From: Squalus acanthias
Taxonomy: Eukaryota
Direction: 5' to 3'
Assembly (NCBI GenBank): GCA_030390025.1
Contig: JASTWF010000584.1
Span: 62,001 to 126,000, forward strand
DNA: 64,000 nt
In this document: one piece after another, positions 34,078-47,159 of the stretch
How positions within the stretch are numbered: the stretch's first letter is position 1
How the letters are laid out: the number at the start of each line of letters is the position of its first letter
Notes under the pieces: model-generated
What the model was told of the DNA's origin: nothing
Database searches by the model: none
The model's input: only the letters and a program-made list of their open reading frames with translations
Program-made: the position numbers and the translations under genes

Positions 34078-37000
34078 CTGGGTAGAGAGAGGGCTGAGGT
34101 CCTGCAACAAGAATTTAGGGAGCTAGGTAGCAGATTAAAAAGCAGGACCTCAAAAGTTGTAATCTCTGGGTTACTCCTGGTTCCCCGTGCTAGTGAGTAT
34201 AGGAATTGAAGGATAGAGCAGATGAATGCGTGGCGAAAGAGTTGGTGCAGGAGGGGGAGCTTTCGTTTCCTGGATCACTGGGTCTGCTTCTGGGGAAGGT
34301 GGGACTTGTACAAGTCGGACGGGTTGCACCTGAACCGGAACAGGACCAACATCCTTGCGGGGAGGTTTGCTAGTACTGTTGGGGGGGGGTTTAAACTAAC
34401 TTGGCAGGAGGATGGGATACGGAGTGGAGCTATAGTAGGGGGTGATGCACAGCCAAATATAGAGGAAAAAACAAGTCAGCCTGGAAGGGAGAGCAAATAT
34501 GTTATGGCACAAGGGAGTATGGCAAGGCTGGATTGCATTTATTTTAATGCAAGGAGTCTTGCGAGTAAAGCAGATGAATTGAAGGTGTTGATGAACACAT
34601 GGGAGTATGATATTGTTGCTATCACAGAGACATGGTTGAGGGATTGGCAGGACTGGCAGCTCAATATTCCGGGGTATAGAATCTTCAGGCAAGACAGAGG
34701 GTTGTAAAAGAGGAGGGGGTATCACAATATTAATTAAGGAGTCAATTACTGCTGCAATGGGGGAATGATATCTTAGCAGGTTCCTCTAATGAGGCCATAT
34801 GGGTAGAACTTAAAAACAAAAAGGGGGCAAGCACTTTGCTGGGAGTGTACTATAGGGCCCAAACAGTCAGGGTGAGATAGAGGAACAGATATGTAGGCAA
34901 ATCTCAAGGAAGTGTAGAAATAATAGGGTAATAATAGTAGGGGATTTCAACTTCCCCAATATTAACTGGGATAGTCAGAGTGTGAAAGGCTTAGAGAGTG
35001 CAGAATTCTTAAAGTGCATCCAGGAGAGCTTTTTGAGCCAGCATGTAAAAAGTCCTACAAGAGAGGGGGCGGTACTGGACCTAATTCTAGGGAGTGTAGC
35101 CGGGCAAGTTGTAGAAGTGTCAGTAGGAGAGCATTTTGGTGACAGTGACCATAATTCAGTGAGATTTAAGGTAGTCATTGAAAAGGACAAAGATAGACCG
35201 GAAATAAATTTTCTAAATTGGGGGAAGGCCGATTTTAATATGATAAGGCAGGATCTGGCCAAAGTGGACTGGGATCAGCTACTTGCGGGAAAAACCACAT
35301 CAGAGCAGTGGGAGTCTTTCAGAAAGGAAATAGAGAGAGTACAACACCAACATGTTCCCATAAAGGTCAAGGGTGGGACCAACAAGCCCAGGGAACTCTG
35401 GATGTCAAGGGATATACAAGAATGGATTAGGAAAAAAAGGGAGGCTTTTGGCAGATACAAAGGACTAAAAACAGTAGAAGCCCTAGAGGAGTATAGAAAG
35501 TGCAGGGGGTTACTTAAAAAAGAAATTAGGAGAGCGAAGAGGGGGCATGAAAAAACACAGGCGGGAAAAATAAAGGAAAATCTCAAGGTGTTTTATAAGT
35601 ATATTAAGGGCAAAAGGATAACCAGGGAAGGAGTAGGGCCCATTATGGACCAAAGTGGCTATCTGTGCTTAGAGCCAGAAGATGTAGGTGAGGTTTTAAA
35701 TGAATATTTTGCATCTATGTTCACTATGGAGAAGGATGATGTAGGCATAGAAATCAGGCAGGGGGATTGTGATATACTTGAACAAATTAGTATTGAGAGG
35801 GAGGAGATACTAGAGGTTTTAACGGGCTTAAAACTGGATAAATCCCCAGGCCCAGACGAGATGTATCCCAGGCTGCTGTGTGAGGCAAGGGAGGAGATTG
35901 CAGGGGCTCTGACACAAATTTTCAGAACCTCTCTGGCCACAGGGGAGGTGCCAGAGAACTGGAGGACAGCTAACGTAGTACCATTATTCAAGAAGGGTAG
36001 TAGGGATAAACCAGGGAATTACAGGCCAGTGAGCCTAACATCAGTGGTAGGGAAATTATTGAGAAAAATTCTGTGGTACAGAATTAGTCTCCACTTGGAG
36101 AGGCAAGGATAATCAAGGATAGTCAGCATGGCTTTGTTAGGGGGAGATCATGTCTAACCAATTTGATTGAATTTTTCGAGGGGGTGACTAGGTGTGTGGA
36201 TGAGGGTAGTGTAGTTGATGTAGTCTACATGGACTTCAGTAAGGCTTTTGACAAAGTCCCGCATGGGCGACTGGTCAAGAAGGTAAGAGCCCATGGGATC
36301 CAGGGCAATTTGGCACATGGATCCAAAATTGGCTTAGTGGTAGGAGGCAGATGATGATGGTTGAAGTTTGTTTTTGTGACTGGAAGCCTGTGACCAGTGG
36401 TGTACCACAGGGATCGGGGGTGGGTCCTTTGCTGTTTGTAGTGTGCATTAATGATTTAGATATGAATGTAAGAGGTATGATCAGTCAGTTTGCAGATGAC
36501 ACGAAAATTGGTGGAGTGGTAAATAGCGAGGAGGGAAGCCTCAGGCTGCAGGACGATATGGACAGGTTGGTTAGATGGGCAGAACAGTGGCAAATGGAAT
36601 TTAACCCTGAAAAGTGTGAGGTGATGCATTATGGGAGGACTAACAAGGCAAGGGAATACTCAATGAATGGTAGGACCCTAGGAAGGACAGAGGATCAGAG
36701 GGACCTTGGTGTGCATGTACATAGATCCCTGAAGGCAGCAGGACAGGTAGATAAGCTGGTTAAAAAGGCATATGGGATACTTGCCTTCATTAGCCGATGC
36801 ATAGAATATAAGAGCAGGGAGGTTATGATGGAGCTGTACAAAACGCTGGTTAGGCCACAGCTGGAATACTGTGTGCAGTTCTGGTCGCCACACTATAGGA
36901 AGGATGTGATTGCATTGGAGAAGGTGCAGAGGAGATTCACCAGGATGTTACCTGGGCTGGAGCGCTTCAGCTATGAAGAGAGACTGGACAGACTGGGGTT

Positions 37001-37400
37001 GTTTTCCTTGGAGCAGAGAAGGCTGAGGGGGGACCTGATTGAGGTGCACAAAATTATGAGGGGCATAGATAGGGTAGATAGAAACAAACTTTTCCCCTTA
37101 GTAGAGGGATCAATAACCAGGGGGCATAGCTTCAAGGTAAGGGACAGGAGGTTTAGAGGGGATTTGAGGAAAAACTTTTTCACCCAGAGGGTGGTTGGAA
37201 TCTGGAACTCACTGCCTGAAAGGATGGTAGAGGCAGGAACCCTCACAACGTTCAAGAAGCATTTAGATGAGCACTTGAAACGCCATAGCATACAAGGCTA
37301 CGGACCAAGTGCTGGAAAATGGGATTAGAATAGACAGGGCTTGATGGCCGGTGCGGACACGATGGGCCGAAGGGCCTCTTTCTGTGCTGTATAACTCTAT
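34078..37400 (+). mobile_element. CR1 LINE (ORF1 3' half plus disrupted ORF2)
   Basis: ORFs 34982-36112 and 36351-37328 carry EN/RT motifs. The tail is split by the Harbinger insertion and resumes at 41862. Confidence 0.92.
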
Positions 37401-37759
37401 GGGGTAAAAATTAGGTCGCGCCCCATTTGGGGCGCAAATATCGTCTGGACGCAAATATTAGCGCCTGGCGCTAATTATCGGCACTGACTGGAAACTTCAC
37501 TTTTACCGCCCTGGGAGGTGAGTGGAGCGCTAAATCAGGCGCTGCACACCTGTCTTAAGGCGCAAAGGCCAAGGAGTGAGTCGCTAACTCAGTGCGCGAG
37601 CGCAGCGCAGCTGCTGCCAGTTAGCGAGGGAACACAGACACACTGGCGCCGGCCACTTCTTAAAGCGGGGGGGGCCAACTTGCTCCCCAGCCACACCCTG
37701 CTCATTGCAGCCTTGAATCTCGGCCTGGAGAGACCTGTGAATCCATTTTGCTGCCAAGG

Positions 37760-39906
37760 ATGGAGAGGGTGAGAGAACACGCTCATCGCTTCACCGAGCG
37801 GGCCTTGGATGCTCTGGTTGGCGCGGTGGAGCGCAGAAGATGTATGCTCTTCCCTGAGAGTGCCAGGAGGCCTTTGCCACGCGAGTTCAGAAGAATGTGG
37901 AGGGAGGTGGCTCAGAGCATCTCCTCCAGGAGCATGGTGCCCAGGACCCATACTCAATGCCGCAAAAAGTTCAACGACCTCACTCGGGTCGTCAGGGTGA
38001 GTGGCTTTTTCTCAATACCTCTCCATCCCTCCATCTCAACCTCACTCTATGGCCAGAGGGTCTTAAAACCCCAATGCACAACACTCATCCAACACCTATG
38101 GCCCTTTCATGAAACACACACACACATTCCACACTTTGCATACAGTAAGGGCTATTCACCTATGGGAGGCACATCAGGCAAGACCATGGCTGCATACAGT
38201 AAGGGCTATTCACCTATGGGAGGCACATCAGGCAAGACCATGGCTGTATACAGTAAGGGCTATTCACCTATGGGAGGCACATCAGGCAAGACCATGGCTG
38301 CATACAGTAAGGGCTATTCATCTATGGGAGGCACATCAGGCAAGACCATGGCTGCATACAGTAAGGGCTATTCACCTATGGGAGGCACATCAGGCAAGAC
38401 CATGGCTGTATACAGTAAGGGCTATTCACCTATGGGAGGCACATCAGGCAAGACCATGGCTGCATACAGTAAGGGCTATTAACCTATGGGAGGCACATCA
38501 GGCAAGACCATGGCTGCATACAGTAAGGGCTATTCACCTATGGGAGGCACATCAGGCAAGACCATGGCTGTATATTTACTCAGATGCTGTCCTTTTTCTT
38601 ACAGGCCAAGCTGGCGCATAATCGGAGACAGCAGCAACGGACAGGTGGAGGGCGGCCTCAGCTGCAACCCCTCAGCGATCTTGAGGAGCGCGTCCACAGG
38701 ATTGTGGCAAGCCGGGTGATCGGTCCCGTCGCCACTGGAGACGCCGACCCTGTTCTGCACAGCAATGGTAAGGTCATCACCTTTTTGTCCTCTCTCCTTC
38801 CACTTGTCCCTCACAACACCAGCCTTTGACACTTTCAATCCAACTTGCTAACTCGCTGCACTTATTCCTCCCTTACTGCCACCCTGTCCTCACGCTAAAG
38901 CCACTCTTGTACCTCCCTGCTTTCAGATGGTGATTCACCAGCTGAGGAGACGGGCCCTGAAGCTGCCACTGGGAGTGATGCTGCAGCTGAGGAGGAAGAG
39001 GAAGCCGGAGCATCAGTGCCACCCTCTCCCGAGGAAGCCCATGCCCACACTGGGAACACGCCTTCCCTGGAGGGGAGCAGGGGGGAAGGGTCTGATGAGG
39101 GTGAAGCTCCAGGACCCAGCGGGCTGCAGCAACGCCATAGGGGGGGTAGGGAAGAACGGGGGCCTTCTCCCCAGAGGGAGAGTATGCCAGACACTCCTAC
39201 TGCAATGGACGCAGAGGAGGAGCGGCTGATCGCAGAAATGAACACCCAGGCGGTGGGCATGCACACTGAGCTCATGGGTGCAGTGGGAAGGGTGCCCGAA
39301 TGCATTGAGTCACTGGCAAGGAGTGTGGAGCACTTCGCTGTAGCACAGGCGGATGCCACACTAACGCTTAGTGCTGCAATTCAGTCACTGGCTGCCGTGA
39401 TCCCATCTCTGACTGCTCTCATACAGACTCAGATTGAGGCCACGCGAGCACAGACTGCTGCCAACCTCGATGGTTCGTGCACATGTCCCCGGGGCTGTCA
39501 CCGCGCCGCAGCAGGCCGGCAATCTGTTCTCCAGCAGATTGCTCCGGATGCTGAAGTGCTGCCCCGTGGGAGTGCCAGTGTGTCGGGCGAGCAGGGAGTT
39601 GCTGTCCTCTCTCACGATGACAGCATTCCTGCTGCCAACACTGTCACTTCTCCACTGCACTTGCCACCGCCTGTAGGACAGACTGCTGCCGCCCATGCAG
39701 AGTTGGTGCAGTCTGCAGCCGGGCCCTCCAGGCCCAGAAGTGGTCGAGGCCGTCCTTCAGGGGCATCTGCAGTGTCAGGGTCTGACGAGCAGCAGCCTTC
39801 CACCAGCCTTGCTGCAGCCACTGAGGTCCCATTACGGAGGAGCAGTAGGGTTAGAAGGGGGGAAGTGCGCAAGGGAAGGAGATCACCCTCGAAGGGCAAA
39901 AAGTAG
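37760..39906 (+). CDS. Harbinger Myb/SANT-like DNA-binding protein, 3 exons (37760-37996, 38605-38767, 38927-39906), about 459 aa, intact
   Basis: RFTERALDALV...WREVA...RTHTQCRKKFNDL and TGGG motifs. Canonical GT-AG introns join the exons in frame to TAG at 39906. Basic C-terminus. Confidence 0.85.
38137..38574. repeat. 54-bp tandem repeat, 8 copies, inside intron 1 of the Myb-like gene
   Basis: Unit tgcatacagtaagggctattcacctatgggaggcacatcaggcaagaccatggc. Confidence 0.95.
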
Positions 39907-40200
39907 GAGGTGTGACAAAATGCTGGTCATTTTTTTATTAAAGGTCGAGGTTCATGGTCCAACTTTTGTTTAGTGTTTTGGACATTATCTCCAGGTTGTG
40001 AGAACCAGTTATGTTATTGACTGTTTTTTTGTGTTTATTTCTATGAGTTTGTCATGAGGAATTGACACACACAGAGTTTGTAAAATAAATAAGTTTCTGT
40101 ATTCAAAATATACATGGTTGGTGGTTGGAATTATTGGTGCCTTGGCCGGCTTAGGGGTTGCATGCTGGGTTCATTAATGTTGTTAGCAATGGCAGGGGCC

Positions 40201-41350
40201 CTAGAAGCGGCTTGCTATTAGCCGTTGACGGACGGCCCTTGCAGTTTGACCATTGTGGGCCGCCCTCCCGCCTTGGTGCTGCTGATGATCATCCTCTGCG
40301 TCCTCTTCCTCCTCCTCCTCTGGTGGTGCTCCAAGGCCTGGTGGCATTGGCTGGGTCCTGAGGATTGCCATGTTATGCAACATGCAGCACACGACTACGA
40401 AGTTCGATACTCGCTCAGGCGAGTACTGCAGGGCTCCTCCAGAATGGTCGAGACAGCGGAACCGTTGCTTCAGCACGCCGATTGTGCGCTCCACGATGTT
40501 CCTGGTAGCTTGATGGCTCATTGTACCGCAGCTCAGCAGGGGTGTTGGGCGTACGGAGCGGTGTCATCAGCCAGGTGCTCAATGCATACCCCTTGTCCCC
40601 GAGAAGCCAACCAACTGGCTGATGCGGTGCCTCGAAAAGTTCTGCCACAGTAGTCTGGCGCAGGATAAAAGCATCGTGGCAGCTGCCAGGATACTGGGCA
40701 TTGACAGCGAGTATCAGCTGTCTGTGGTCACAGACCAACTGGACATTCAAGGAATGGAACCCCTTTCTGTTGCGGAATTCCTCGGCATTCTCACGCGGAG
40801 CACGCAAAGCCACATGCGTGCAGTCAATGGCGCCCTGCACCATGGGGAAGCCCGCTACCCTCGCAAAGCCCAGAGCGCGGTCACGCTGCTTGTCTGGGGT
40901 CATGGGGAAAGAGATGAACTCTCGTCTCCTTTTAAAGAGGGCATTTGTGACCTGCCGGATGCAGCAATGCACCGCGAACTGGGAGATATTGGCGAGGTCC
41001 CCAGCAGCAGCTTGAAATGAGCCAGTAGCGTAAAAGTTCAGAGCCACTGTGACCTTCACTGCCACCGACAGAGACGTCCTGGACCTCAGTTGAGGCTGCA
41101 GATCTGGCTGCAGCAGGTGGCAGAGCTCAGTGACCACCTCCTTGCTGAATCACAGCCTTCGCAAACACAGCTCCTCAGACATATGGATGTAGGAGAGCTG
41201 TTCACGATATACCCTGGGAGGGTAAGCTCTCCTGTACATACGCCTGATGGCCCTCCTCCGTCTGGCCATCATTGCCACTCTCTCTCTGCGTCTCTGTATC
41301 CTCCGATTCAGCTGGAGCAGGACGACGCCCCCAATCAGTGCAGCCCCCAT
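40201..41350 (-). pseudogene. Harbinger (HARBI1-like) DDE transposase, disrupted
   Basis: GAIDCTHV, HDAFIL, LLGDKGY and VERTIG motifs. In-frame TGA at 41152-41150 and a frameshift near 40518. Confidence 0.92.
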
Positions 41351-42421
41351 ATTCTCTTTGCAAGCAAAGTAATGAAGGACAGCAACTAAAGTACCAGTGA
41401 AGTTAGGATCAATAGGCAAAACTACCTCACAAAGCGTTGAGTCAATGTAGAAGTCTCTCTTTCTCTCTCTCCGAATCTCTCTCTCTCTCTCAGAACGAGT
41501 GGTGCAAAAATGTCGACCACAGAAAAAGACAGGAAGAGGCCCCCTTTAAATAGCGCCACCCCCAGCCCCACAGCGATTGATAGCGTTCCAGTCTTCCGGT
41601 CGTTGGATGCGCCAGGCGGTAAGGCAGGGGGCGCCACTCAATTTCCGCTCCGGGGCGCCACAAGGGCGTTGCACCATGGAATGACGTCATAATCTGCGCG
41701 CGCAGGTGGTCGCAGCGGTAAGTTTTAGCGCCGCCGCACAATCTCTAGTTAAGTTCCCGAGCAGCGCAAACATCGCTGCGCCCGGGCGTTAGCGGCTTTG
41801 CGCCCCATTAGCGCCCTCTTAAGGCGCTAACGGGAGGCGCAACCAACTGAATTTTTACCCCTATGACTCTATGACGCTAATGGAAGGGGAGGACCTCTGG
41901 ATGCAGGAGGTTACTGCCTTTACACTTACCTCCTGGATCCAGTGTCCCTGCCTCATCCAACCCCGGCGATAGGAGACCCCTCCACAAGGCATCCTTTCCC
42001 CCCCATGAGGCCTTCGATCACTTTCCCGGACTCCCCCGACAGCAGATGATCTTCAGGCTGGCCCCCAATGTGCTCCACCTCCGCTCCCCCCGATGCTCGA
42101 GTCCTGCCCCCACCCACCCACAGGCCACCTCCTGATACCTCCCTCCCTCTGCCGTAAAAACGCCGGAAATAGGGAGCGCATCGGGAACATAAGAACATAA
42201 GAAATAGGAGCAGGAGTAGGCCAATCGGCCCCTCGAGCCCGCTCCGCCATTCAATAAGATCATGGCTGATCTGCTCCTAACCGCCAATCTACTATCTACT
42301 ATCACAGAACCATCTCCTGCATCTAACAGAATTGCACACACGAAATAGGAGCAGAATCAGGCTACACGGTCCCTGGGCCCGCTCCACTACCCACAGGGCC
42401 ATGACCGATCCGAACCTAGAC

Positions 42422-44670
42422 TCATGTCCAAATTCCTGCCCGCTCCCCGTAACCCTTAATGCCCTTTACTTCTAGGAAACTGTCTATTTCTGTTTTAAAT
42501 TTATTTAATGATGTAGCTTCTACAGCTTTTTGTGACAGCATATTCCATGGACCTACCACCCTCTGAGTGAAGTAGTTCCTCCTCATCTCAGTTTTGAAAG
42601 AGCAGCCCCTTATTCTAAGACTATGTCCCCTAGTTCTAGTCTCACCCGTCATCGGGAACATCCTCCCCGCATCCACCCGATCCAACCCCTTCACAATCTT
42701 ATATGTTTCAATAAGATCGCCTCTCATTCTTCTGAACTCCAATGAGTAGAGTCCCAATCTACACAACCTCTCCTCATATGACCACCCCCTCATCCCCGGG
42801 ATTAACCGAGTGAACCTTTTTTGCACTGCCTCGAGAGCAAGGATGTCTTTCCTTAAGTAAGGACACCAAAACTGTATGCAGTATTCCAGGTGCGGTCTCA
42901 CCAATACCTTGTACAACTGAAGCAATACCTCCCTATTTTTATATTCTATCCCCCTAGCAATGAAAGCCAACATTCCATTTGCCACTTGCTGCACCTGCAT
43001 ACTAACCTTTTGAGTTTTGTGCACCAGGACCCCCAGATCCCTTTGCACTTCAGTACTCTCCAGTTTCTTGCCATTAAGATAATAAATTGCTCTAGGATTT
43101 TTCCTGCCTAAGTGCATCACCTCACACTTTCCAGTGTTGTATTCCATCTGCCAAATCTCTGCCCACTTACTTAGCCTGTCTATGTCCCCTTGCAGGTTTT
43201 TTATGTCCTCCTCACTCACTACTTTCCCTCCCATCTTAGTATCATCTGCAAATTTTGATATGTTACACTTGGTCCCTTCCTCCAAATCGTTAATATAGAT
43301 TGTAAAGAGTTGGGGACCCAGCACTGACCCCTGTGGAACACCACTAGTTACTGATTGCCAGTCTGAGAATGAACCATTTATCCCAACTCTTTGCTTTCTG
43401 TTAGATAGCCAATCCTCTATCCATGCCAGAATATTACCCCCAATCCCGTGATTTTTTACCTTAAGCAATAATCTTTTGTGTGGCACCTTGTCAAATGCCT
43501 TTTGGAAGTCTAAATACACTACGTCTACTGGTTCCCCTTTATCCACTCTATATGTTACTTCCTCAAAGAACTCCAGCAAATTTGTCAAACATGACTTCCC
43601 CTTCGTAAAACCATGCTGACTTTGTCCTATTAAATTATGATTATCCAAATGTCCTGTTACTGTTTCCTTAATAATGGACTCCAAAATTTTACCTACCACA
43701 GATGTTAGGCTAACCGGTCTATAGTTACCAGCCTTCTGTCTACTGCCCTTTTTAAATAAGGGTGTTACATTAGCAGTTTTCCAGTCTGCCGGGACCTTAG
43801 CGGAATCCAGGGAGTTTTGAAAAATTATTACCAATGCATCTACAATCCCTACCGCCACTTCCTTCAAGACTCTAGGATGTAAGCCATCAGGTCCAGGTGA
43901 TTTATCCGCCTTGAGTCCCATTATTTTACTGAGTACCACTTCCTTAGTGATTTTGATTGTGTTTAGCTCCTCTCCCCCTATAGCCCCCTGTTTGTCCAGT
44001 GTTGGGATATTCTTAGTGTCCTCTACTGTAAAGACTGATACAAAATATTCATTCATTGTTTTTGCCATCTCCATATTTCCCACCATTAATTTCCCGGTCT
44101 CATCCTCTAAGGGACCAACATTTACTTTAGCCACCCTTTTTCTTTTTATATAACTATAAAAACTCTTACTATCTGTTTTTATATTTTTTGCTAATTTACT
44201 TTCATAATCTATCTTCCCTTTCTTAATCAATCTTTTTGTTATTTTTTGCTGCCTTTTAAAGTTTTCCCAATCCTCTGTCCTCCCACTAGATTTCGCTACC
44301 TTATATGCCCTTGTTTTTAGTCGAATACTATCCTTAATTTCTTTACTTAGCCACGGATGACTGTCCTTTCTTTTACACCCTTTTCTTTTCAGTGGAATAT
44401 ATATTTTTTGGAAGTTGTAAAATAACTCCTTGAATGTACACCACTGATCATGTGTCGTCTTACCCTTTAATCTATTTTCCCAATCCACTCTACTCAATTC
44501 CGCTCGCATACCTTCATAGTCTCCTTTATTCAAGCTTAGCACGCTTGTTTGAGATCCAACCTTCTCACCCTCTAATTGAATATGGAATTCAACCATGTTA
44601 TGGTCACTCATTCCAAGGGGATCCTTTACTAGGACATTTTTAATTAATCCTGTCTCGTTACACAGGACCA
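42422..44670 (-). CDS. CR1 ORF2, RT-containing part (749 aa open)
   Basis: YLDFQKAFD, QGSVLGP, YINDL and FADD motifs. Confidence 0.9.
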
Positions 44671-45106
44671 TAGAAACATAGAAACATAGAATCTAGGAGC
44701 AGGAGTAGGCCATTCGGCCCATCGAGCCTGCTCCGCCATTCAATACGATCATGGCTGATCATCCAAATCCAGTACCCTGTCCCTGCTTTAATCCCCACAG
44801 TACACATATCCCACCCTACCCCCGTAACCCCACGTATTTAATTCCCCCTAACATATCCCATCCTATCCCCATAACCCCACATATTTAATCCCCCCCCTAA
44901 CACTAAGGGTCAATTTATCATAGCCAAATCAACCTAACCCGCACATTTTTGGACTGTGGGAGGAAACCGGAGCACCCGGAGGAAACCCACGCAGACACGG
45001 GGAGAATGTGCAAACTCCACACAGACAGTCACCCGAGGTCAGATTCGAACCCGGGTCCCTGGCGCTGTGAGGCACCAGTGCTAACCACTATGCCACCGTG
45101 TTGCCC
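44671..45106 (-). mobile_element. V-SINE (HE1-like) with a CR1-derived 3' tail
   Basis: tRNA-like head (tggcatagtgg...ggttcgaatc), V-domain core gtggagtttgcacattctccccgtgtctgcgtgggtttcctccgggtgctccggtttcctcccaca, and a tail matching the CR1 3' ends at 13260-13372 and 24590-24699. Confidence 0.88.
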
Positions 45107-45834
45107 TAAGGTTGCTTGCCCCCTGGTCGGTTCAGTTACATACTGCTCAAGAAACCCATCCCTAATACACTCAATGAACTCATCCTCAAGGCAGCCCTGC
45201 CCCATTTGATTTGTCCAATTAATATGATAGTTAAAATCCCCCATAATTATAGATGTTCCCTTATTACATGCCTCAACTATTTCCTGATTGATACTCCGTC
45301 CAACAGAGTTGCAACTGTTCGGAGGCCTATAGACTACGCCCACTAGTGTTTTTTTCCCCTTATTATTCCTTATCTCCACCCAAACTGTTTCATTATCATG
45401 ATTTTTTGACCCAATATCATTACTCTGTATTACAGTGATTCCTTCCTTTATTACCATAGCCACCCCACCTCCCCTTCCTTCCTGCCTGTCCTTCCTGATC
45501 GTTAAATAACCTGGTATGTTTAATTCCCAGGCATTGTCACCCTGCAGCCATGTTTCTGTAATGGCCACAATATCATAACCATATGTAGTTATTTGTGCCA
45601 TTAACTCATCTATTTTGTTACGAATGCTACGTGCATTCAGATAGAGAACTTTCAAATATGCTTTGTGGCACTTAGTTCCTGCTTTTTCACTTTTTACCAC
45701 TTTACCTTTTACTCCACACACTCTGTCCCTTCCTGCCACGCTCTGATTTGTGATTCCCCTACTGCTACCTATGTCTATGACCCTCTCTGTTGTCATTTTT
45801 ATTTTTTGCTCTCTTGAAACCTCCCCCGCACTAA

Positions 45835-46791
45835 TTAGTTTAAAGCCCTCTCCACAGCCCTAGTTATTCGATTCGCCAGGACACTAGTCCCAGCACTGGC
45901 CAAGTGAAGTCCGTCCCAACGGAACAGCTCTCTCCTGCCCCAGTACTGGTGCCAGTGTCCCAAGAAGCAAAACCCATTTTTCCCACACCAGTCTTTGAGC
46001 CACGCATTCAACTCCCTGATTTTATTTACCCTAGCCAAATTTGCTCGTGGCTCAGGTAGTAATCCAGAGATTATTACCCTCGAGGTTCTGCTTTTTAATT
46101 TGGCCCCTAGCTGCTCAAACTCCCTCAGCAGAACCTCTTTCCTTGTCCTATCTATGTCATTGGTACCAACATGGACCACGACAACTGGATCCTCCCCCTC
46201 CCACTCCAAGTTTCTCTCCAGCCCAGAGGAGATGTCCTTAACCCTGGCACCGGGCAGGCAACACAGCCTTCGGGACTCTCGCTCTTGGCTGCAAAGAACC
46301 CTATCTATCCTCCTAATGATACTATCCCCTACCACTACAACATTTCTTTTTACTCCCCCCACTTGAATGGCCCCCCCTACCACGGTGCTGTGGCCAGGTT
46401 GCTCATCCTCCCTGCAGTCCCCGCTCCTATCCACACAGGGAGTAAGAGCCTCGAACCTGTTGGACAAGAGCAAGGGCTGCGGCTCCTCCAACACTACCTC
46501 CTGGATCCCTGTACCTGCCTCACTCGTAGTCACACCTTCCTGTCCCTGACCACGGGCTACTTCTGAATTAGTTACTCTAATTGGTGTGACTACCTCCTGA
46601 AACACGGAGTCCAGGTAACTCTCCCCCTCCCTGATGTGTCGCAGTGTTTGAAGCTCGGACTCCAGCTCATCAACACGGAGCCGGAGTTCCTCGAGCAGCC
46701 AACACTTACTGCAAATGTGTTCACCGTGAACATCAATGGTGTCCACCAGCTCCCACATATTGCAGCAGTAACACATCACCTGCTCTCCCAT
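45835..46791 (-). CDS. CR1 ORF1p (Cys-rich N-terminus, coiled coil, SGNH esterase-like domain), intact 318 aa
   Basis: CYCCNMW...HICSKC, LEELRLRVDELESEL, VVVGDS, HVGTND and DGLH motifs. Confidence 0.9.
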   Translation of the reverse strand: MGEQVMCYCCNMWELVDTIDVHGEHICSKCWLLEELRLRVDELESELQTLRHIREGESYLDSVFQEVVTPIRVTNSEVARGQGQEGVTTSEAGTGIQEVVLEEPQPLLLSNRFEALTPCVDRSGDCREDEQPGHSTVVGGAIQVGGVKRNVVVVGDSIIRRIDRVLCSQERESRRLCCLPGARVKDISSGLERNLEWEGEDPVVVVHVGTNDIDRTRKEVLLREFEQLGAKLKSRTSRVIISGLLPEPRANLARVNKIRELNAWLKDWCGKNGFCFLGHWHQYWGRRELFRWDGLHLASAGTSVLANRITRAVERALN

Positions 46792-47006
46792 TCTATGTAA
46801 TTAATTAAAAATGTATTATTTTCCCTTCAGTTAATTTATGCCAGCAGTCTCCGCTACACCACAGATACCCGAGAAACTATAAACTATGGAATTGAAGTTT
46901 TGTATAAAAAAAGAGAAATACTCACCAACCAATCACTTACCTGCTTTCTGGTGACGTCACACTTCGATTATTTTTTACCTCTCTCCTGCTCTCGGCTTGG
47001 TGAAAG

Positions 47007-47151
47007 CCTACCTGGTCGCTGCCGCCTTTTACCGCCGCCGCCTCGCCGCTGTTGCTCCACCCAGGTCCGCCGCCTCTGTGGGCCTACCTGGTCGCTGCCG
47101 CCTTTTACCGCCGCCGCCTCGCCGCTGTTGCTCCACCCAGGTCCGCCGCCT
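47007..47151. repeat. Two-copy GC-rich direct repeat (period about 75 bp)
   Basis: gcctacctggtcgctgccgccttttaccgccgcc...gtccgccgcct is duplicated. Confidence 0.85.
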
Positions 47152-47159
47152 ATGTGAAC

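Larger units (their letters stand above)
37401..41861. mobile_element. Full-length PIF/Harbinger DNA transposon
   Basis: 12-bp perfect TIR GGGGTAAAAATT / AATTTTTACCCC, 3-bp TSD TAT, and convergent Myb/SANT and DDE transposase genes. Confidence 0.95.
42186..46990 (-). mobile_element. Near full-length CR1 LINE
   Basis: 5'UTR, ORF1 45835-46791, ORF2 45796-42422 broken only at a SINE insertion, and a (ttcttatg)n tail. Confidence 0.95.

Noticed and set aside
37748-38482. 244-aa repeat protein as the main product
   Set aside because: A strong donor at 37996 and acceptor at 38605 place the repeats in an intron of the Myb-like gene.
45030-45106. tRNA gene (also 28040-28110)
   Set aside because: The A and B boxes are SINE heads joined to SINE bodies, with no full cloverleaf.
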